From the NCBI GenBank assembly GCA_965237955.1, contig OZ250169.1, positions 5,024,001 through 5,088,000 on the forward strand: a stretch of DNA of 64,000 nucleotides, given 5' to 3'. Every line of letters begins with the position of its first letter. The first letter of the stretch is position 1. Positions 52,440 to 64,000 of this stretch are shown here, one piece after another. The translations under genes and the position numbers were made by a program. Source of the stretch: Candidatus Marinacidobacterales bacterium. Lineage in GTDB: Bacteria > Acidobacteriota > Vicinamibacteria > Marinacidobacterales > SMYC01. Under the pieces are notes generated by a model. The model was not told the origin of the DNA and searched no databases. It worked only from the letters and a program-made list of their open reading frames with translations.

Positions 52440-53176
52440 TTCGAGGCCCAGGGGAGCATAGTCTGGAACCAGTTCGCCGCCCCCGTCAGCTTGTAGCGCT
52501 GGATCGCGCCGGCGGGGTCGACATCCTTGGGGCAGACTTCCGAGCATTCGCCGACGAACGTGCACTGCCACATTCCATCATCCTGCGAAAGAATCGAAAG
52601 GCGCTCCGCCGCGCCTTGGTCGCGCGAGTCCAGGTTGTAGCGCTGGGCGAGGGCCGTGGCCGCCGGGCCGATGAAGTCCGGCTCGAGCCCGATCACGGGA
52701 CAGGCGGAATAGCACAGCAGACAGTTGATGCACATGCTGTACTTCTTGTAGGTATCGAGCTCGTCCGGGCTCTGCCGGTACTCTCCTTCAGAGAGGGGCT
52801 TTTCCTCTTCGCGGACGATCCAGGGCTTCACCTTCTTGAGCTTCGTCATGAACGACGTGATATCCACGACGAGGTCACGCACCACGGGGAAGTACTGCAG
52901 AGGCTCGATCCGAATCGGGCCGGGCGCGTACTTGGCTAAGAATGCGGCGCAAGTAAGTGTGGGCTCGCCGTTCACCATCATCCCGCAGCTGCCGCATACG
53001 CCCATCCGGCACGACCACCGGTAGGAGAGGGAGCCATCGACCGCATCCTTAATATAGTTGAGTGCATCTAGGATGACCCAATTGTCCGTGAGCGGCACAT
53101 CGTAGTCCTCCCAAGTCGGCTCGGATTCCTGCTCCGGTCGATAGCGGCTGACGCTGACGGTGATGGTATCGGCCAT
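52436..53176 (-). CDS. frdB: Fumarate reductase Fe-S subunit
   Basis: [35 protein letters not shown]. Confidence 0.95.
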   Translation of the reverse strand: MADTITVSVSRYRPEQESEPTWEDYDVPLTDNWVILDALNYIKDAVDGSLSYRWSCRMGVCGSCGMMVNGEPTLTCAAFLAKYAPGPIRIEPLQYFPVVRDLVVDITSFMTKLKKVKPWIVREEEKPLSEGEYRQSPDELDTYKKYSMCINCLLCYSACPVIGLEPDFIGPAATALAQRYNLDSRDQGAAERLSILSQDDGMWQCTFVGECSEVCPKDVDPAGAIQRYKLTGAANWFQTMLPWASK

Positions 53177-53182
53177 GCGCAC

Positions 53183-54928
53183 CTACTTTCCATAAACCCG
53201 TTTGCCGGGCGGCCAGCGGGTAATGCTCACCGGCGCGTATTCGATTCTGGGCGCGTCCGACTGCGTTCGGTACGCGAGCGAGTGTTGCAGGAACTTGTCG
53301 TCGTCCCGCTCCGGATAATCCGTTCTCTGGTGCGAGCCCCGGGACTCGTGGCGAGCCTTGGCGGAATGGATGATGGCCTCGGCGGCGTCCATCATGTAGG
53401 CGAGCTCCAACGCGGCGGTGAGCTCGGTGTTGAAGGTGAGGCTTGTGTCACCGAGCGCGATGTTATCGACTCTCTCGCGAAGCTTCGCTAGCTGCTCCGC
53501 GCCCCGCTCGAGGTCTTTTCCGTTTCTGTAGATGCCGGCGGCCGCCTCCATGATTGTCTGCATGTCTTCACGAACGGTAGCAATGCGCTCCTTGCCACCT
53601 TGCTTCTCGAGAAAATCTTTCTCGATGCGCCTGTGCTCGTCCCGCGCCTGAGCGAGAACAGCGGAGTTGCCGTTGTCTTCTACCTCCATCGCGAACTTGG
53701 CGGCGGCGCTACCGGCTCGTGCCCCGAACACGAGAAGCTCGGTGAGCGAGTTCGAGCCGAGGCGATTCGCGCCGTTGATGCTGACGCACGCGGCTTCGCC
53801 CGCGGAAAAGAGTCCAGCGAGAGGAGTGGCGCCGTTGGTATCCGTGTGGACGCCTCCCATGATGTAGTGGATGACGGGGCGGACCGGGATCATTTCGTGC
53901 ACCGGATCGATGTTCACGTACTTGCGGCAGAGCTCGCGTACGAACGGGATCTTCTTGTCGATCTTCGCGACCCCGAGATGACGGATGTCTAGATGGACGT
54001 AGTTGCCGTACGGGCCTTCGAAAGTGCGGCCTTTCTCTTGCTCCTTCACGAACGCCTGGGAGAGCCGGTCCCTCGGACCCAGCTCCATCGAGCGCAGCAC
54101 CGGGTGGGGCTCGGGTTTGCCTAGATCGTAGTCTTGAAGATAGCGGTAGCCGTCTTTGTTGAGAAGCCAGCCGCCTTCGGAGCGCGAAGCTTCGGTAATC
54201 AAGATGCCGGTGAACGGGAGTCCGGTGGGGTGGTACTGCACGAACTCCATGTCTTTGAGCGGCACGCCGGCGCGGTAGGCGAGCGACATGCCGTCGCCGT
54301 TTTTGATGTTGGCGTTGGTGGTGAACGGGAAGACTTTCCCACAGCCGCCGGTGCACAGCAGAACCGACTTGGCCAAAATCGTACAGATCTTGCCGGTAGC
54401 GAGCTCGATCGCGACCACGCCGCGACAGCAGCCCTCATCCACCAGTAGCTTGGTGACGAAATACTCGTCGTAGCGTCTTATCGGATCGTACTTGAGCGTC
54501 GTTTGAAAAAGCGCGTGGAGCATGTGGAAGCCGGTCTTGTCGGCGGCGAACCACGTGCGTTGGATCTTCATGCCTCCGAACGAGCGGACTGCGACCGAGC
54601 CATCGGGAAGCCGACTCCACGGGCAACCCCAGTGCTCGAGCTGTAACATTTCACCGGGAGCCTCGTTGACGAAGATCTCGACAGCGTCCTGGTCGCAAAG
54701 CCAGTCCGCGCCCGAAATCGTGTCGTACGCGTGATCGTCGAGACTGTCATCTTCTTTGATGACTGCGGCCGCGCCACCTTCCGCGGAAACGGTGTGGCTT
54801 CGCATGGGGTAGACCTTCGAGGCCACAGCGAGGCCGAGCTTCGGGTTGGCTTCACAGACCGCGATCGCGGCGCGAAGACCGGCGCCCCCGCCGCCGACGA
54901 TGAGCACATCGTGGGAGAAAACGTCCAT
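53183..54928 (-). CDS. frdA: Fumarate reductase flavoprotein subunit
   Basis: [16 protein letters not shown] (covalent FAD His), [14 protein letters not shown]; start MDVFSHD. Confidence 0.95.
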   Translation of the reverse strand: MDVFSHDVLIVGGGGAGLRAAIAVCEANPKLGLAVASKVYPMRSHTVSAEGGAAAVIKEDDSLDDHAYDTISGADWLCDQDAVEIFVNEAPGEMLQLEHWGCPWSRLPDGSVAVRSFGGMKIQRTWFAADKTGFHMLHALFQTTLKYDPIRRYDEYFVTKLLVDEGCCRGVVAIELATGKICTILAKSVLLCTGGCGKVFPFTTNANIKNGDGMSLAYRAGVPLKDMEFVQYHPTGLPFTGILITEASRSEGGWLLNKDGYRYLQDYDLGKPEPHPVLRSMELGPRDRLSQAFVKEQEKGRTFEGPYGNYVHLDIRHLGVAKIDKKIPFVRELCRKYVNIDPVHEMIPVRPVIHYIMGGVHTDTNGATPLAGLFSAGEAACVSINGANRLGSNSLTELLVFGARAGSAAAKFAMEVEDNGNSAVLAQARDEHRRIEKDFLEKQGGKERIATVREDMQTIMEAAAGIYRNGKDLERGAEQLAKLRERVDNIALGDTSLTFNTELTAALELAYMMDAAEAIIHSAKARHESRGSHQRTDYPERDDDKFLQHSLAYRTQSDAPRIEYAPVSITRWPPGKRVYGK

Positions 54929-55003
54929 CAGGGTCGACAGCGTATGCGTGAGGTCGAGCTCTGTCAACCTTTTGCGTATCAGCGCTATAATGCGGGCCGC
55001 ATC

Positions 55004-55891
55004 ATGGGTGAGGTCAGCACTCTCTTCGATGAGGAATTCCTCCGGAAGCTCGAGTATCTCAAGCTCGTCGCGAACCGCATGATTCCCGGGCAACTGCGCG
55101 GAGAGCACCGGGCGCGCAAGAAGGGCACTGGTGTCGAGTTCGCCGACTACCGGCCCTACGTCAGCGGCGACGACACCAAAGACGTCGACTGGAGGGCTTA
55201 CCTCAGGCTCGACAAGCTCATCTTGCGGATTTTCGACGAAGAGGCGGACCTTCCTATCTATCTGTTCGTGGACTCGAGCCTGTCCATGAACTTCGGCGAT
55301 CCGTCGAAGTTCGACTACGCGCGCAAAGTGGCCGCGGCGCTCGGCTACATCGGGCTTTTGAACCTCGACCGCGTGAGCGTCATCGGTTTTGACAACGGTG
55401 TTTCGGCGCAGATCGTATCCAAGCGCGGCCGCAACCAAATCTGGCGCATCTTCAAATTCCTCGAGCGCATGGAGACATCCGGGGAGACGTCGCTCGAGCG
55501 GTCGCTCAAGACGTTTTTCGGCACGAAGAGACGGCGCGGACTCGTCGTGATCGCGTCCGACTTCATGGATCCCTCGGGCTTCGAGCCCGCCTTCGACTTC
55601 CTCCGGCTCTTCCGGCACGACGTGTTCCACGTCCACATCCTGACTCCCGAAGAGCTGAAGCCGCAGTTTCCGGATGAAGCCATGCTCGTCGACTCCGAGA
55701 GAGGGACGTCCCAGCGCTTGCGCATGTCGCCGACGCTCGTCGCCGCGTACGAAGCGGAGATGGCGAAGCTCCGCTCCGGGATCGAAGGTTATTGCTCGCG
55801 CTACGGATGGGGCTACGTGCAGACGCAAACCCCGATCCCGTTCGAAGATCTGATCATGCAGATCTTCAAACAAGACCGGTTCATCCGTTAG
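55004..55891 (+). CDS. DUF58 domain protein
   Basis: [15 protein letters not shown]...VDW, DSSLSM; TATAAT at 54986-54991. Confidence 0.92.
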   Translation: MGEVSTLFDEEFLRKLEYLKLVANRMIPGQLRGEHRARKKGTGVEFADYRPYVSGDDTKDVDWRAYLRLDKLILRIFDEEADLPIYLFVDSSLSMNFGDPSKFDYARKVAAALGYIGLLNLDRVSVIGFDNGVSAQIVSKRGRNQIWRIFKFLERMETSGETSLERSLKTFFGTKRRRGLVVIASDFMDPSGFEPAFDFLRLFRHDVFHVHILTPEELKPQFPDEAMLVDSERGTSQRLRMSPTLVAAYEAEMAKLRSGIEGYCSRYGWGYVQTQTPIPFEDLIMQIFKQDRFIR

Positions 55892-55896
55892 TGGCG

Positions 55897-57699
55897 ATGA
55901 CCTTCTCATCGCTGAGTCTTCTCCAGGCGTTGCTGCTGGTTACATCGACCACGGCGGTCATCGTGTTCTTGTACTGGCTGAAGCCGCCGCCGCAGCGGGT
56001 GGTCGTGCCTTCGACGTGGATCTGGGAACTCGTCCTCAAAGAGCGCAAGCGCCGCTCGGATTTCTGGCGGTGGCTGGTGTCGCTCATCATTGCGCTCGTC
56101 GTCGGCCTGATGATCGCGTCGTCGATCGGTAAGCCCGAAGTGGAAGCGCTCTCGGGACGAGCGCGTCGCATCGCCATCGTGCTCGACAACTCGCCGACGA
56201 TGGCGACCGGAACGTCCACCGGTCAGACACGGTGGGACATCGCGGTGGCGAGGGCGAGCGAGCTTCTCAACGAAGGAAGCGTTGCGAGCCAGTATCTCGT
56301 GACCGATACCGGCGGGCAGCTTCCGGGCACCGGATTCACCAGCCGGACTCGAGCCGTCGAGCTCCTGGACCAGCTACGGCCGTCACTTCGAGACCAGGTG
56401 CGTTTCCCCGAGGGCGACCCGTCTCTCGCGGATGATGACGAGACCGAGGTCTACTTCATTGGTGACGGTGTGCTGATTCAGAAGGTGCCGTCGCACGTGA
56501 CCACGATCTCGGTGTTCGAGCCGGCCGACAACGTCGGTATCACCGCGTTCGATTTGCGACCCGTGCCCGCGGAGCCGACTCGCTACGAGGGGTTTCTCGA
56601 GCTCTCGAACCACGGGAGCGAGTCGACGAGAGTCGCTCTTCAAATCGACGGGGTCGGCGGCGCCAGCGTTCAGCGCGCGGTCACGCTCGCTCCCGGACAG
56701 GTTCTCGGTGAGAGCTTGAACGTCGACAACTTTCTGTCGGGACCCATCCGGGTGCTCATCGACGCGCCGGGTGATGCGTTGGCGCTCGACAACGTCGCGT
56801 ACACCTACCTCGCTGCGCCCAGGCGAGTGCGCACGATTTTGGTGACGAGAGGAAACGCTTTTCTCGAGACTCTCCTCGATCTGGATCCGCGTGTCGCGCT
56901 CGAGACGATCGAGCCCGATGGCTACGTCGTTCCCGAGACGGCGGACGAAGTGCCCGACCTCTACGTCTTCGATCGGTTCGGGCCAACGGAGATGCCGGTT
57001 GCGCCGGCACTTTTGTTCCGGCCACAGGCAACCTCGTGGCTTCCCAAACCGACGGGCGCAGAAATGACGGAGCTGTCGCTCGCCGGCGTCCGAAGCGACC
57101 ACCCGCTTCTACAACACGTTTCGCTCGAAGACGTCGTCGTCGAGAGCGCGGCTTCCGTTTCCCCGGGCGAGCACGAGGTCGTGGCCGGAACGAGCGAGCA
57201 GCCGATTCTCTTGGCGGGCGAAAATCCGCTCCGGTGGGCCGAGCTCACGTTCGACCTCGGCGACTCGAACTTTCCGCTTCAAGCGGGGTTTCCGATCTTT
57301 CTCGCGAACGCGGTGACGTGGCTTACGAGTACCGACGTCGTAGCGACGCCGCTCGGAACGATTACCGTGCCCGCGGCGAGCGCGGCCGTCACCGACATGA
57401 GGGGAGAGGACGTCCCGACGCGATCGGTGGGCGCACTCACTGCGTTCACCCCGGACGCACCCGGTTTGTTCTCGGTGCGGACGAAGGACGGCGAGCTCGT
57501 CATCTCGGCCAACCTTCTCAACCCCGATGTATCCGCGGTCAACGCGTCCGCGTTCGCAGGAGAGGACAGCGCCGCTGGTATCGTGGACTACCTCACCGGC
57601 TCCGTCGGCGGCGGCGAACTGTGGCTTGTCCTCGTGCTCGTTGCGCTCGTGCTCGTCCTCGCCGAGTGGTGGACCTACCACCGCCGCATGACTGTTTAG
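55897..57699 (+). CDS. BatA/VWA domain membrane protein
   Basis: LYWLK...VPS.WIW, LDNSPTM (MIDAS-like), C-terminal TM and EWW. Confidence 0.85.
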   Translation: MTFSSLSLLQALLLVTSTTAVIVFLYWLKPPPQRVVVPSTWIWELVLKERKRRSDFWRWLVSLIIALVVGLMIASSIGKPEVEALSGRARRIAIVLDNSPTMATGTSTGQTRWDIAVARASELLNEGSVASQYLVTDTGGQLPGTGFTSRTRAVELLDQLRPSLRDQVRFPEGDPSLADDDETEVYFIGDGVLIQKVPSHVTTISVFEPADNVGITAFDLRPVPAEPTRYEGFLELSNHGSESTRVALQIDGVGGASVQRAVTLAPGQVLGESLNVDNFLSGPIRVLIDAPGDALALDNVAYTYLAAPRRVRTILVTRGNAFLETLLDLDPRVALETIEPDGYVVPETADEVPDLYVFDRFGPTEMPVAPALLFRPQATSWLPKPTGAEMTELSLAGVRSDHPLLQHVSLEDVVVESAASVSPGEHEVVAGTSEQPILLAGENPLRWAELTFDLGDSNFPLQAGFPIFLANAVTWLTSTDVVATPLGTITVPAASAAVTDMRGEDVPTRSVGALTAFTPDAPGLFSVRTKDGELVISANLLNPDVSAVNASAFAGEDSAAGIVDYLTGSVGGGELWLVLVLVALVLVLAEWWTYHRRMTV

Positions 57700-57826
57700 T
57701 CGGCATACGGCATACGGCGCATCGCATTCGCATTCATCAGAAAAAGGTGCCTTTCCCCCTCATGTTCTAACAAATATCACTGCTGGGCTGGCTGCGGCCA
57801 GCCGAATGCTGGATAATGCCGCAGCA

Positions 57827-59326
57827 ATGAGTGTTCGGGTACGTGTGGCTCCTTCGCCTACCGGCGATCCCCACGTGGGGACTGCCTATCAGGCGCTCTT
57901 CAACTACGCGTTTGCGCGTCAGAACGGCGGCAAGTTCATCCTGCGCATCGAAGATACCGATCAAGCTCGCTCGACGCGTGAGTCCGAGCAAATGATTCTG
58001 GACTCGCTTGGATGGCTCGGCCTCAGCTGGGACGAAGGCCCGGACGTCGGGGGACCGCACGCGCCGTATCGGCAAAGTGAGCGGCTTCCGATCTATCGCG
58101 AGCACGTCGACGAGCTTCTGTCCGCGGGACGCGCCTACCGTTGCTTCTGCACCAAGGAACGCCTCGACGCCATGCGCGCCGAGAAGCGTGACAAGAAGGT
58201 GTTTCCCGGATACGACCGGCGCTGCCGCGACATTCCCGCCGAAGAGTCGAAAACCAGCGCGGAGGCGGACGAGACCTTCGTTGTGCGCATGAAGATTCCT
58301 ATCGACGGGGATTGTGTGATGCACGATCTCTTGCGCGGGGAGATCAAGAAGGATTGGGCGTCGGTGGACGATCAGGTCATTCTCAAATCCGACGGGTTTC
58401 CCACGTATCACCTCGCGAACGTCGTCGACGACCACTTGATGGAAATCAGCCACGTGATCCGCGGTGAAGAGTGGATCAACTCGGTTCCAAAACATCTCAA
58501 GCTCTACGAGTATTTCGGCTGGGAGCCGCCGGTGTTTTGCCACCTGCCGCTTCTTCGCAACAACGACGCCAACAAGTCGAAGCTCTCCAAGCGAAAAAAT
58601 CCTACGTCCATCAACTACTACCGTCGCGCGGGTTTTCTTCCCGAGGCGTTGGTGAACTTCATGGGTATGTTCGGTTGGACCCGCGCGGAAGGCGAAGAGA
58701 AGTTCACCCTCGACGAGTTCACCGAGAACCTCGACATCAAGAGCCTTTCCGTCGGCGGCCCGGTGTTCGACGTCGAGAAACTGCGGTGGCTGAACGCCCG
58801 CTATATTCGAGAGGACTACGATGCCGAGTCTCTTTCGAAGCTGCTTCGAGATTGGGCGCTCGGCCCCGAGTACCTGGAGAAAATCGTCCCCCTCGCGCAA
58901 CCGCGCCTCGAGACGCTATCCGATTGGGGCTTTTTGACGGCGTTTTTCTTCGCGGATCGCGTTCCCGTTCGCGCTGAAGAGCTTACCTTGAAAGGGAAGG
59001 AGCCGGCGGATCTCACCGCCATCTTCCAAATGTCGGTGTGGATGTTCGACGAGCTCTCGAGCTTCGACACGAAGTCCATCGAAGGCGTATTGCGGTCACT
59101 CTCGGAAACGCTTGATATCAAGCTTCGCGACTTGACCCGGCCGTTCTACGTCGCGATCACGGGCTCGAAAGCATCGACGCCGCTCTTCGACTCGATAGCG
59201 CTCCTGGGTCGAGACCTCACTCGCACGAGACTTCGTCACGCGATCGAGCTTCTCGGAGGGCTCTCGACCAAGAAGACGAAAGCGCTCGAAAAAGAGTATC
59301 GCGCGCTGTTCGGAGAGAGCCGGTGA
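57827..59326 (+). CDS. gltX: Glutamate-tRNA ligase
   Basis: APSPTGDPHVG, LRIEDTD, PTYHLANVVDD, KLSKR. Confidence 0.97.
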   Translation: MSVRVRVAPSPTGDPHVGTAYQALFNYAFARQNGGKFILRIEDTDQARSTRESEQMILDSLGWLGLSWDEGPDVGGPHAPYRQSERLPIYREHVDELLSAGRAYRCFCTKERLDAMRAEKRDKKVFPGYDRRCRDIPAEESKTSAEADETFVVRMKIPIDGDCVMHDLLRGEIKKDWASVDDQVILKSDGFPTYHLANVVDDHLMEISHVIRGEEWINSVPKHLKLYEYFGWEPPVFCHLPLLRNNDANKSKLSKRKNPTSINYYRRAGFLPEALVNFMGMFGWTRAEGEEKFTLDEFTENLDIKSLSVGGPVFDVEKLRWLNARYIREDYDAESLSKLLRDWALGPEYLEKIVPLAQPRLETLSDWGFLTAFFFADRVPVRAEELTLKGKEPADLTAIFQMSVWMFDELSSFDTKSIEGVLRSLSETLDIKLRDLTRPFYVAITGSKASTPLFDSIALLGRDLTRTRLRHAIELLGGLSTKKTKALEKEYRALFGESR

Positions 59327-59548
59327 GGGTAAAAAAAGAGTCGAGTACTATCCGTTCGACCCGCGCACGCTCGGGGTCCGGGTTCGCACGCCCCTACTGC
59401 ACGCGGACGACGTGTCCATGGGTGATATGGATGGCTACCGCGGCGCGTCGTGAACGCGATCCGCCGGAAGTAACCTCGAAGTGGAGCCCCTTTTTCCTCG
59501 AACCGCATTGATTGGTGTGTCCACGGAAGGCCCTCTACAATAGGTGGG

Positions 59549-59863
59549 ATGGGAGACACGGACCGTAAACGCCAGGGCGGGGTTCTCGAAAAGACACGCA
59601 AGAAGACCGACACCCCGAAGCTCTATAAGGCCCTCCTTCATAATGATGACTACACGACGATGGAGTTCGTCATCATTATTCTGGAGCAGATTTTCAACAA
59701 ATCACCCGCCGAAGCCCACCGGGTGATGATGAACGTCCACACCGGTGGCGTTGGTGTCGCCGGCGTGTATTCACACGAGGTGGCCGAGACCAAAGTCGCG
59801 TTGACGCACGAGGCGGCCAAGGAAGCGGGACATCCACTTCGCTGCAGTATCGAACCTGAGTAG
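59549..59863 (+). CDS. clpS: Clp protease adaptor ClpS
   Basis: LHNDDYTTMEFV, AETKV. Confidence 0.97.
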   Translation: MGDTDRKRQGGVLEKTRKKTDTPKLYKALLHNDDYTTMEFVIIILEQIFNKSPAEAHRVMMNVHTGGVGVAGVYSHEVAETKVALTHEAAKEAGHPLRCSIEPE

Positions 59864-59874
59864 AAAAAACCGAT

Positions 59875-62172
59875 ATGTTCAGTACGAGCCTAGAAATGGT
59901 TTTGAACGTCGCGTACCGCGAAGCGGACTCGCGACGGCACGCTCACCTCACCCTGGAACACCTTTTGTACGCTATCGCGCACGATCCCAAGGGCGAAGAC
60001 ATTCTCATCGCCTGCGGCGCCGACCTGGACGAGCTCCGTAACCAGTTGAAGAACCATCTCGAGACCGCGGTGGAGCTCATGCCCAATGACGCGGATCAGG
60101 AGCCGATCCAGACTCTCGCGTTCCAACGGGTTTTGCAGAAGACGGTTTTGCACGTCCAGAGCTCAGGTAAGAGTGAAGCAGACGTGGGAGATGCGCTCGC
60201 GTCCATTTTGCAAGAGCGACGCTCGCAGGCCGCGAAGCTTCTCGAAGCGCAAGATGTGAGCCGGCTCGACATCCTCAACTACATCTCGCACGGGATCACG
60301 AAAGTGCTTCGGCCGAGTGATGACGATCGCGCGACCGCTGGAGAAGGTGACGAAGATGCTCCTTCGGGGCTGAGCGATCCGTTGGAAGCTTTCGCCTCGA
60401 ACTTGACCGATCGTGCTGCCCGCGGCGAGCTTGATCCGCTCATCGGACGGGAACCGGAAATTCGACGCGCGATGCAGATCTTGTGTCGACGCCGTAAGAA
60501 CAACCCGGTGTTCGTCGGTGATGCCGGTGTCGGCAAGACCGCACTCGTCGAAGGGCTCGCTCAACGACTCTTGGGTGACGACGTTCCCGAGATTCTGAAA
60601 GGCGCTGAGATCTTTGCTCTCGACTCGGGCGCGCTAATCGCGGGCACGCGGTATCGCGGGGATTTCGAGGAGCGGTTCAAAGCGGTGATCAATCGCCTGG
60701 AGGAGCGCGAGAACCCGATCCTTTTCATCGACGAGCTCCACACGATGGTGGGTGCCGGGGCGACGACCGGCGGCACCATGGACCTGGCGAACCTCATCAA
60801 GCCGGTGCTCGTCGAGGGGAAACTTCGATTGATCGGGTCCACGACGTTCGAGGAGTTCAAACACCTCGAAAAAGACAAGGCGCTTCATCGTCGCCTCCAG
60901 CGGATCACCGTGGAGGAGCCGTCGTTCGAAGACTCGGTCAAGATCCTCGAAGGGTTGCAGTCGCGCTACGAAGACCACCACAAAGTCACGTACACGACCG
61001 GGGCGCTCGAGACCGCGGTACGTCTCGCACAACGTCACTTGAGAGAATATCGTCTGCCCGATAGCGCTGTGGATGTGATCGACGAGGCAGGTTCGATGCT
61101 GCGTCTCGACGCCGCGCCCGACGCGTCGCCTGCGGTCGACATTCCGGAGATCGAGAAGATCGTGGCGCGGGTTGCGCGCATCCCGGAGAAGCAAGCCTCG
61201 GATTCGGACAAAGAACGCTTGCGCACTCTAGAAGACTCGCTCAAGCGTGTCGTCTTCGGCCAGGAAGAAGCGGTCGCGATCGTGGCGAAATCGATCCGGA
61301 GGTCACGCGCGGGTCTCGGGCTACCGGATCATCCGGCCGGGTGTTTTCTGTTCACCGGCCCCACCGGGGTGGGCAAGACGGAGCTCGCCCGCCAACTGGC
61401 GCTTCATCTCGGCAACGAGTTCGTCCGCTACGACATGAGCGAGTACATGGAAAAGCATGCCGTGGCGCGGCTCATCGGTGCGCCTCCGGGGTATGTGGGT
61501 TTCGAGCAGGGTGGACTCCTCGTCGATGCCGTGCGGCAGCACCCTTACTGTGTGGTGTTGCTCGACGAGATCGAGAAGGCGCACATGGATCTCTTCAACA
61601 TCTTGTTGCAAGTGATGGACCACGCGGAGCTGACCGACAACCAGGGGCGGAAGGCGTATTTTCGGCACGTGGTTCTCATCATGACGTCGAACGCGGGCTC
61701 GCGCGAAATGAGCCAACTCAGTGTCGGTTTCGGAAGTAACTCTGCGAAGGACGCGCCGTCCCAGGCGAAAAAAGCGATCGAGCGGCTCTTCAGTCCCGAG
61801 TTTCGCAACCGTCTCGACGCGGTCGTGTCGTTCGATCCTCTCAGCGTAGACGTCATGGAAACGATCGTCGAGAAGTTCATTCTCGAGCTCGAAGCCCAGC
61901 TTCGCGAGCGGCGCATCGCGTTCACGTTGCTTCCGGAGGCACGGTCGTACCTCGCGAAGAAAGGCTACGATCCGACCTACGGAGCGCGGCCGCTCGCCCG
62001 GACGATCCAAACGGAAGTGCGCGACCCGCTCACCGAAGAGATCCTGTTCGGAAAGCTCGAAGAGGGCGGCACGGTGACGATCGGATTCGACGGTGAGGCG
62101 CTCACCTTCGACGTCGATGCGTCCAGTCCACCCGCTCCGGCGCAGACGCCGTCACCGGCCGACGCGTCTTGA
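59875..62172 (+). CDS. clpA: ATP-dependent Clp protease ATP-binding subunit ClpA
   Basis: Two Walker A motifs ([16 protein letters not shown]), downstream of clpS. Confidence 0.96.
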   Translation: MFSTSLEMVLNVAYREADSRRHAHLTLEHLLYAIAHDPKGEDILIACGADLDELRNQLKNHLETAVELMPNDADQEPIQTLAFQRVLQKTVLHVQSSGKSEADVGDALASILQERRSQAAKLLEAQDVSRLDILNYISHGITKVLRPSDDDRATAGEGDEDAPSGLSDPLEAFASNLTDRAARGELDPLIGREPEIRRAMQILCRRRKNNPVFVGDAGVGKTALVEGLAQRLLGDDVPEILKGAEIFALDSGALIAGTRYRGDFEERFKAVINRLEERENPILFIDELHTMVGAGATTGGTMDLANLIKPVLVEGKLRLIGSTTFEEFKHLEKDKALHRRLQRITVEEPSFEDSVKILEGLQSRYEDHHKVTYTTGALETAVRLAQRHLREYRLPDSAVDVIDEAGSMLRLDAAPDASPAVDIPEIEKIVARVARIPEKQASDSDKERLRTLEDSLKRVVFGQEEAVAIVAKSIRRSRAGLGLPDHPAGCFLFTGPTGVGKTELARQLALHLGNEFVRYDMSEYMEKHAVARLIGAPPGYVGFEQGGLLVDAVRQHPYCVVLLDEIEKAHMDLFNILLQVMDHAELTDNQGRKAYFRHVVLIMTSNAGSREMSQLSVGFGSNSAKDAPSQAKKAIERLFSPEFRNRLDAVVSFDPLSVDVMETIVEKFILELEAQLRERRIAFTLLPEARSYLAKKGYDPTYGARPLARTIQTEVRDPLTEEILFGKLEEGGTVTIGFDGEALTFDVDASSPPAPAQTPSPADAS

Positions 62173-62870
62173 CGCGTTTGCATCGGATGCCGGTCTACTT
62201 GCTTGGTCCTGAGATTGTTTTTCCGCCCCTTGAGGAGGCCGAGCACGGCCTTGTCGCGGTAGGCGGCGATCTCAGCTGCGAGCGGCTTCTCCACGCCTAC
62301 TCGAGCGGGATCTTTCCGTGGTACTCGGAAGGTGAGCCCATCCTATGGCATTCACCCGACCCGAGGTTCGTCCTCACAGACGAAACGTTTCGCGTTCCGA
62401 AGAGCCTCGCTCGCGTGATAAGGAGCGGACGCTATCGGGTGACGATGGACACGGCGTTCGAGGATGTGGTCGAAGCGTGCGCGTCGACGCCTCGCGCCGG
62501 AGAGCAGGGAACCTGGATCACGGAAGACATGAAAACGGCCTACACCGAGCTGCACCGGCAAGGCTTCGCGCACTCGGTCGAGGCGTGGCACTCTGAAGGG
62601 GAGCTCGTAGGCGGTCTCTACGGGGTTTCGATCGGTGCTGCGTATTTTGGTGAATCGATGTTCTCGCGCGCAAGCAACGCGTCGAAAGTCGCTTTCGTCG
62701 CGCTCGTGCGTCGACTGGTAGCGTGGGATATCACCCTCATCGACTGCCAGGTCGAAACCGACCATCTCGCGCGCTTCGGCGCGACGACCTGGCCGCGCGA
62801 ACGCTACCTCACCGTGCTCACAGACGCGGTCCGCCGGCCCACGAGGCAAGGGCACTGGCAGTTCGACTGA
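62169..62870 (+). CDS. aat: Leucyl/phenylalanyl-tRNA-protein transferase
   Basis: GIFPWY, AHSVEAW, GGLYG, GESMFS. Confidence 0.96.
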   Translation: MTRLHRMPVYLLGPEIVFPPLEEAEHGLVAVGGDLSCERLLHAYSSGIFPWYSEGEPILWHSPDPRFVLTDETFRVPKSLARVIRSGRYRVTMDTAFEDVVEACASTPRAGEQGTWITEDMKTAYTELHRQGFAHSVEAWHSEGELVGGLYGVSIGAAYFGESMFSRASNASKVAFVALVRRLVAWDITLIDCQVETDHLARFGATTWPRERYLTVLTDAVRRPTRQGHWQFD

Positions 62871-63245
62871 GGATGAGCCGTCTTCTGCTAATTGCGGCTG
62901 GTGCAGTTCCTGAGAACCTCTAGGGCTCGTGGCGCTCGGCGTCGACTGTCTTACGATCGGGCAAGGGGGCGCGATTTTGACACGGAACTCACTGAAGCCG
63001 CGGTGGGTGTGTGGCCTCTCAGAGCTATGACCTTCAAAGCCCTGAGGGCCCTAGATTGTCGGGCGGAGACGTCATGGGTGGTGCCTCCTTCCTGGCCGCG
63101 TCGTGCGGCCGTGACCCCTTTCTTTTAGATCGCGCACGCGTCGTTGTCAACGAGTTTTTTTGCTCTTTTCACAAGGGGCCTCGGCGCGATAGGTTTAGGC
63201 CATGCATAGCCGTGTAGTTGCCACTGCACCCGCTCGCGCGGAGTT

Positions 63246-64000
63246 TTAGAACGCTGTGGCAGTGAGGACGCCGCCGTCTACGACGAGGTTGGCACCGGTG
63301 ATCCACCTGGCGCCTTTGCTGGCGAGGAACAGGCATGCGTCCGCGATGTCCTCGGGGCGGCGGCCGAGCCTTTTGAGCGGCGCGCGCTCTCCGAAGCGCT
63401 CGACGCCCTCGGGCCACGCTTGCTCGATGCCTTCTCGCCAGATCAGTCCCGGCGAGACGGCGTTGACGCGAATGCCGTAGGCGCCGAGCTCGAACGCGGC
63501 TGATTGCGTGTACATGAGCACCCCGCCTTTGGCCGCGTTGTAGTGACTGTGGAGTGGGGCGGGGCGGAGTCCTTCGATCGAGGCGACGTTCACGATAGCG
63601 CCGCCCGTGTCTCGCTCTTTCATCGAGCGCGCCGCGGCCTGCGTGCACAGGTGAGTCGTGCGCAAGTTGGCGTCCACGACGTCCTGCCACTCGTCCGCGG
63701 GGGCATCGAGAATCGAGTGCATGGGATAGTTGCCGGCGTTATTGACCAGGACATCGACAGGCCCGAGCTTTTTCACGACCTCTCTAAACAGCTGCTCGAC
63801 CGCGTTCAGATCGCACAGGTCTCCGCCGACGGCGAGCGCTCTCTCGAGTGATGTCGCGATCGCTTCGGCTTCGGCCTTTCCCGAGCGGTAGTGCACCGCG
63901 ACCGCCGCGCCCGCGGCGGCGAATCGCTCGGCGATTCCGCGACCGATCCCCTTGGAAGCTCCGGTGACGACGACAACGCTTCCGGTGAAATCCAGGAGCT
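63246..64000 (-). CDS. SDR family oxidoreductase (5' end beyond the window)
   Basis: TGASKGIG, NNAG, YNAAK. Confidence 0.92.
   Translation of the reverse strand, partial: LLDFTGSVVVVTGASKGIGRGIAERFAAAGAAVAVHYRSGKAEAEAIATSLERALAVGGDLCDLNAVEQLFREVVKKLGPVDVLVNNAGNYPMHSILDAPADEWQDVVDANLRTTHLCTQAAARSMKERDTGGAIVNVASIEGLRPAPLHSHYNAAKGGVLMYTQSAAFELGAYGIRVNAVSPGLIWREGIEQAWPEGVERFGERAPLKRLGRRPEDIADACLFLASKGARWITGANLVVDGGVLTATAF

Noticed and set aside
54929-55909. 908-aa ORF as an N-terminally extended FrdA
   Set aside because: The extension is the antisense shadow of the DUF58 gene; FrdA starts at 54928.
254-62855. Many long alternative-frame and antisense ORFs (e.g. 254-1321, 45737-47035, 49580-50971, 57767-58900)
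   Set aside because: Shadow ORFs expected at high GC, overlapping well-supported genes and lacking motifs.
62871-63245. Minus-strand AAGGAGG RBS with a 13-codon ORF (MTSPPDNLGPSGL), or an ncRNA, between aat and the SDR gene
   Set aside because: Too short, with no recognisable family or convincing fold; probably a decayed gene start.

Overview
GC-rich bacterial chromosomal window. The gene content (DUF4388-TPR proteins, delta-60 repeats, PQQ/YVTN propellers) suggests Acidobacteriota, by inference only. Intact core or metabolic genes include arfB, a TRAP transporter operon, E. coli-type frdABCD, gltX and clpS-clpA-aat. The accessory part (about 2-39 kb and 44.8-51 kb) is eroding: frameshifts, in-frame stops and about ten deletion scars, several of which fuse unrelated gene halves. 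Five IS copies have boundaries readable from the sequence: IS3 (10678-12241, 4-bp TSD), a tandem IS110 pair (26949-30049 and 30050-31695), IS256 nested in the first IS110 (27615-29059, 8-bp TSD) and ISL3 (47585-49304, 8-bp TSD). Leading observations: (1) the IS110 non-coding end looks like a bridge RNA whose two guide-like motifs (GGGTCAG, CGGTCAG) match the element's own junctions, suggesting self-targeting and tandem growth; (2) a plant-type galacturonokinase with a nucleotidyltransferase, SIMPL protein and TRAP transporter, a candidate uronate salvage pathway; (3) a structured 480-bp ISL3 leader whose G-U pairs all favour the strand opposite the transposase; (4) several sigma54-like promoters with a shared palindrome upstream of secreted propeller proteins and a PilZ/PilZ/GGDEF/DUF4388 c-di-GMP module. 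Family assignments come from motif recognition, not database searches. No rRNA, tRNA or CRISPR array was seen.
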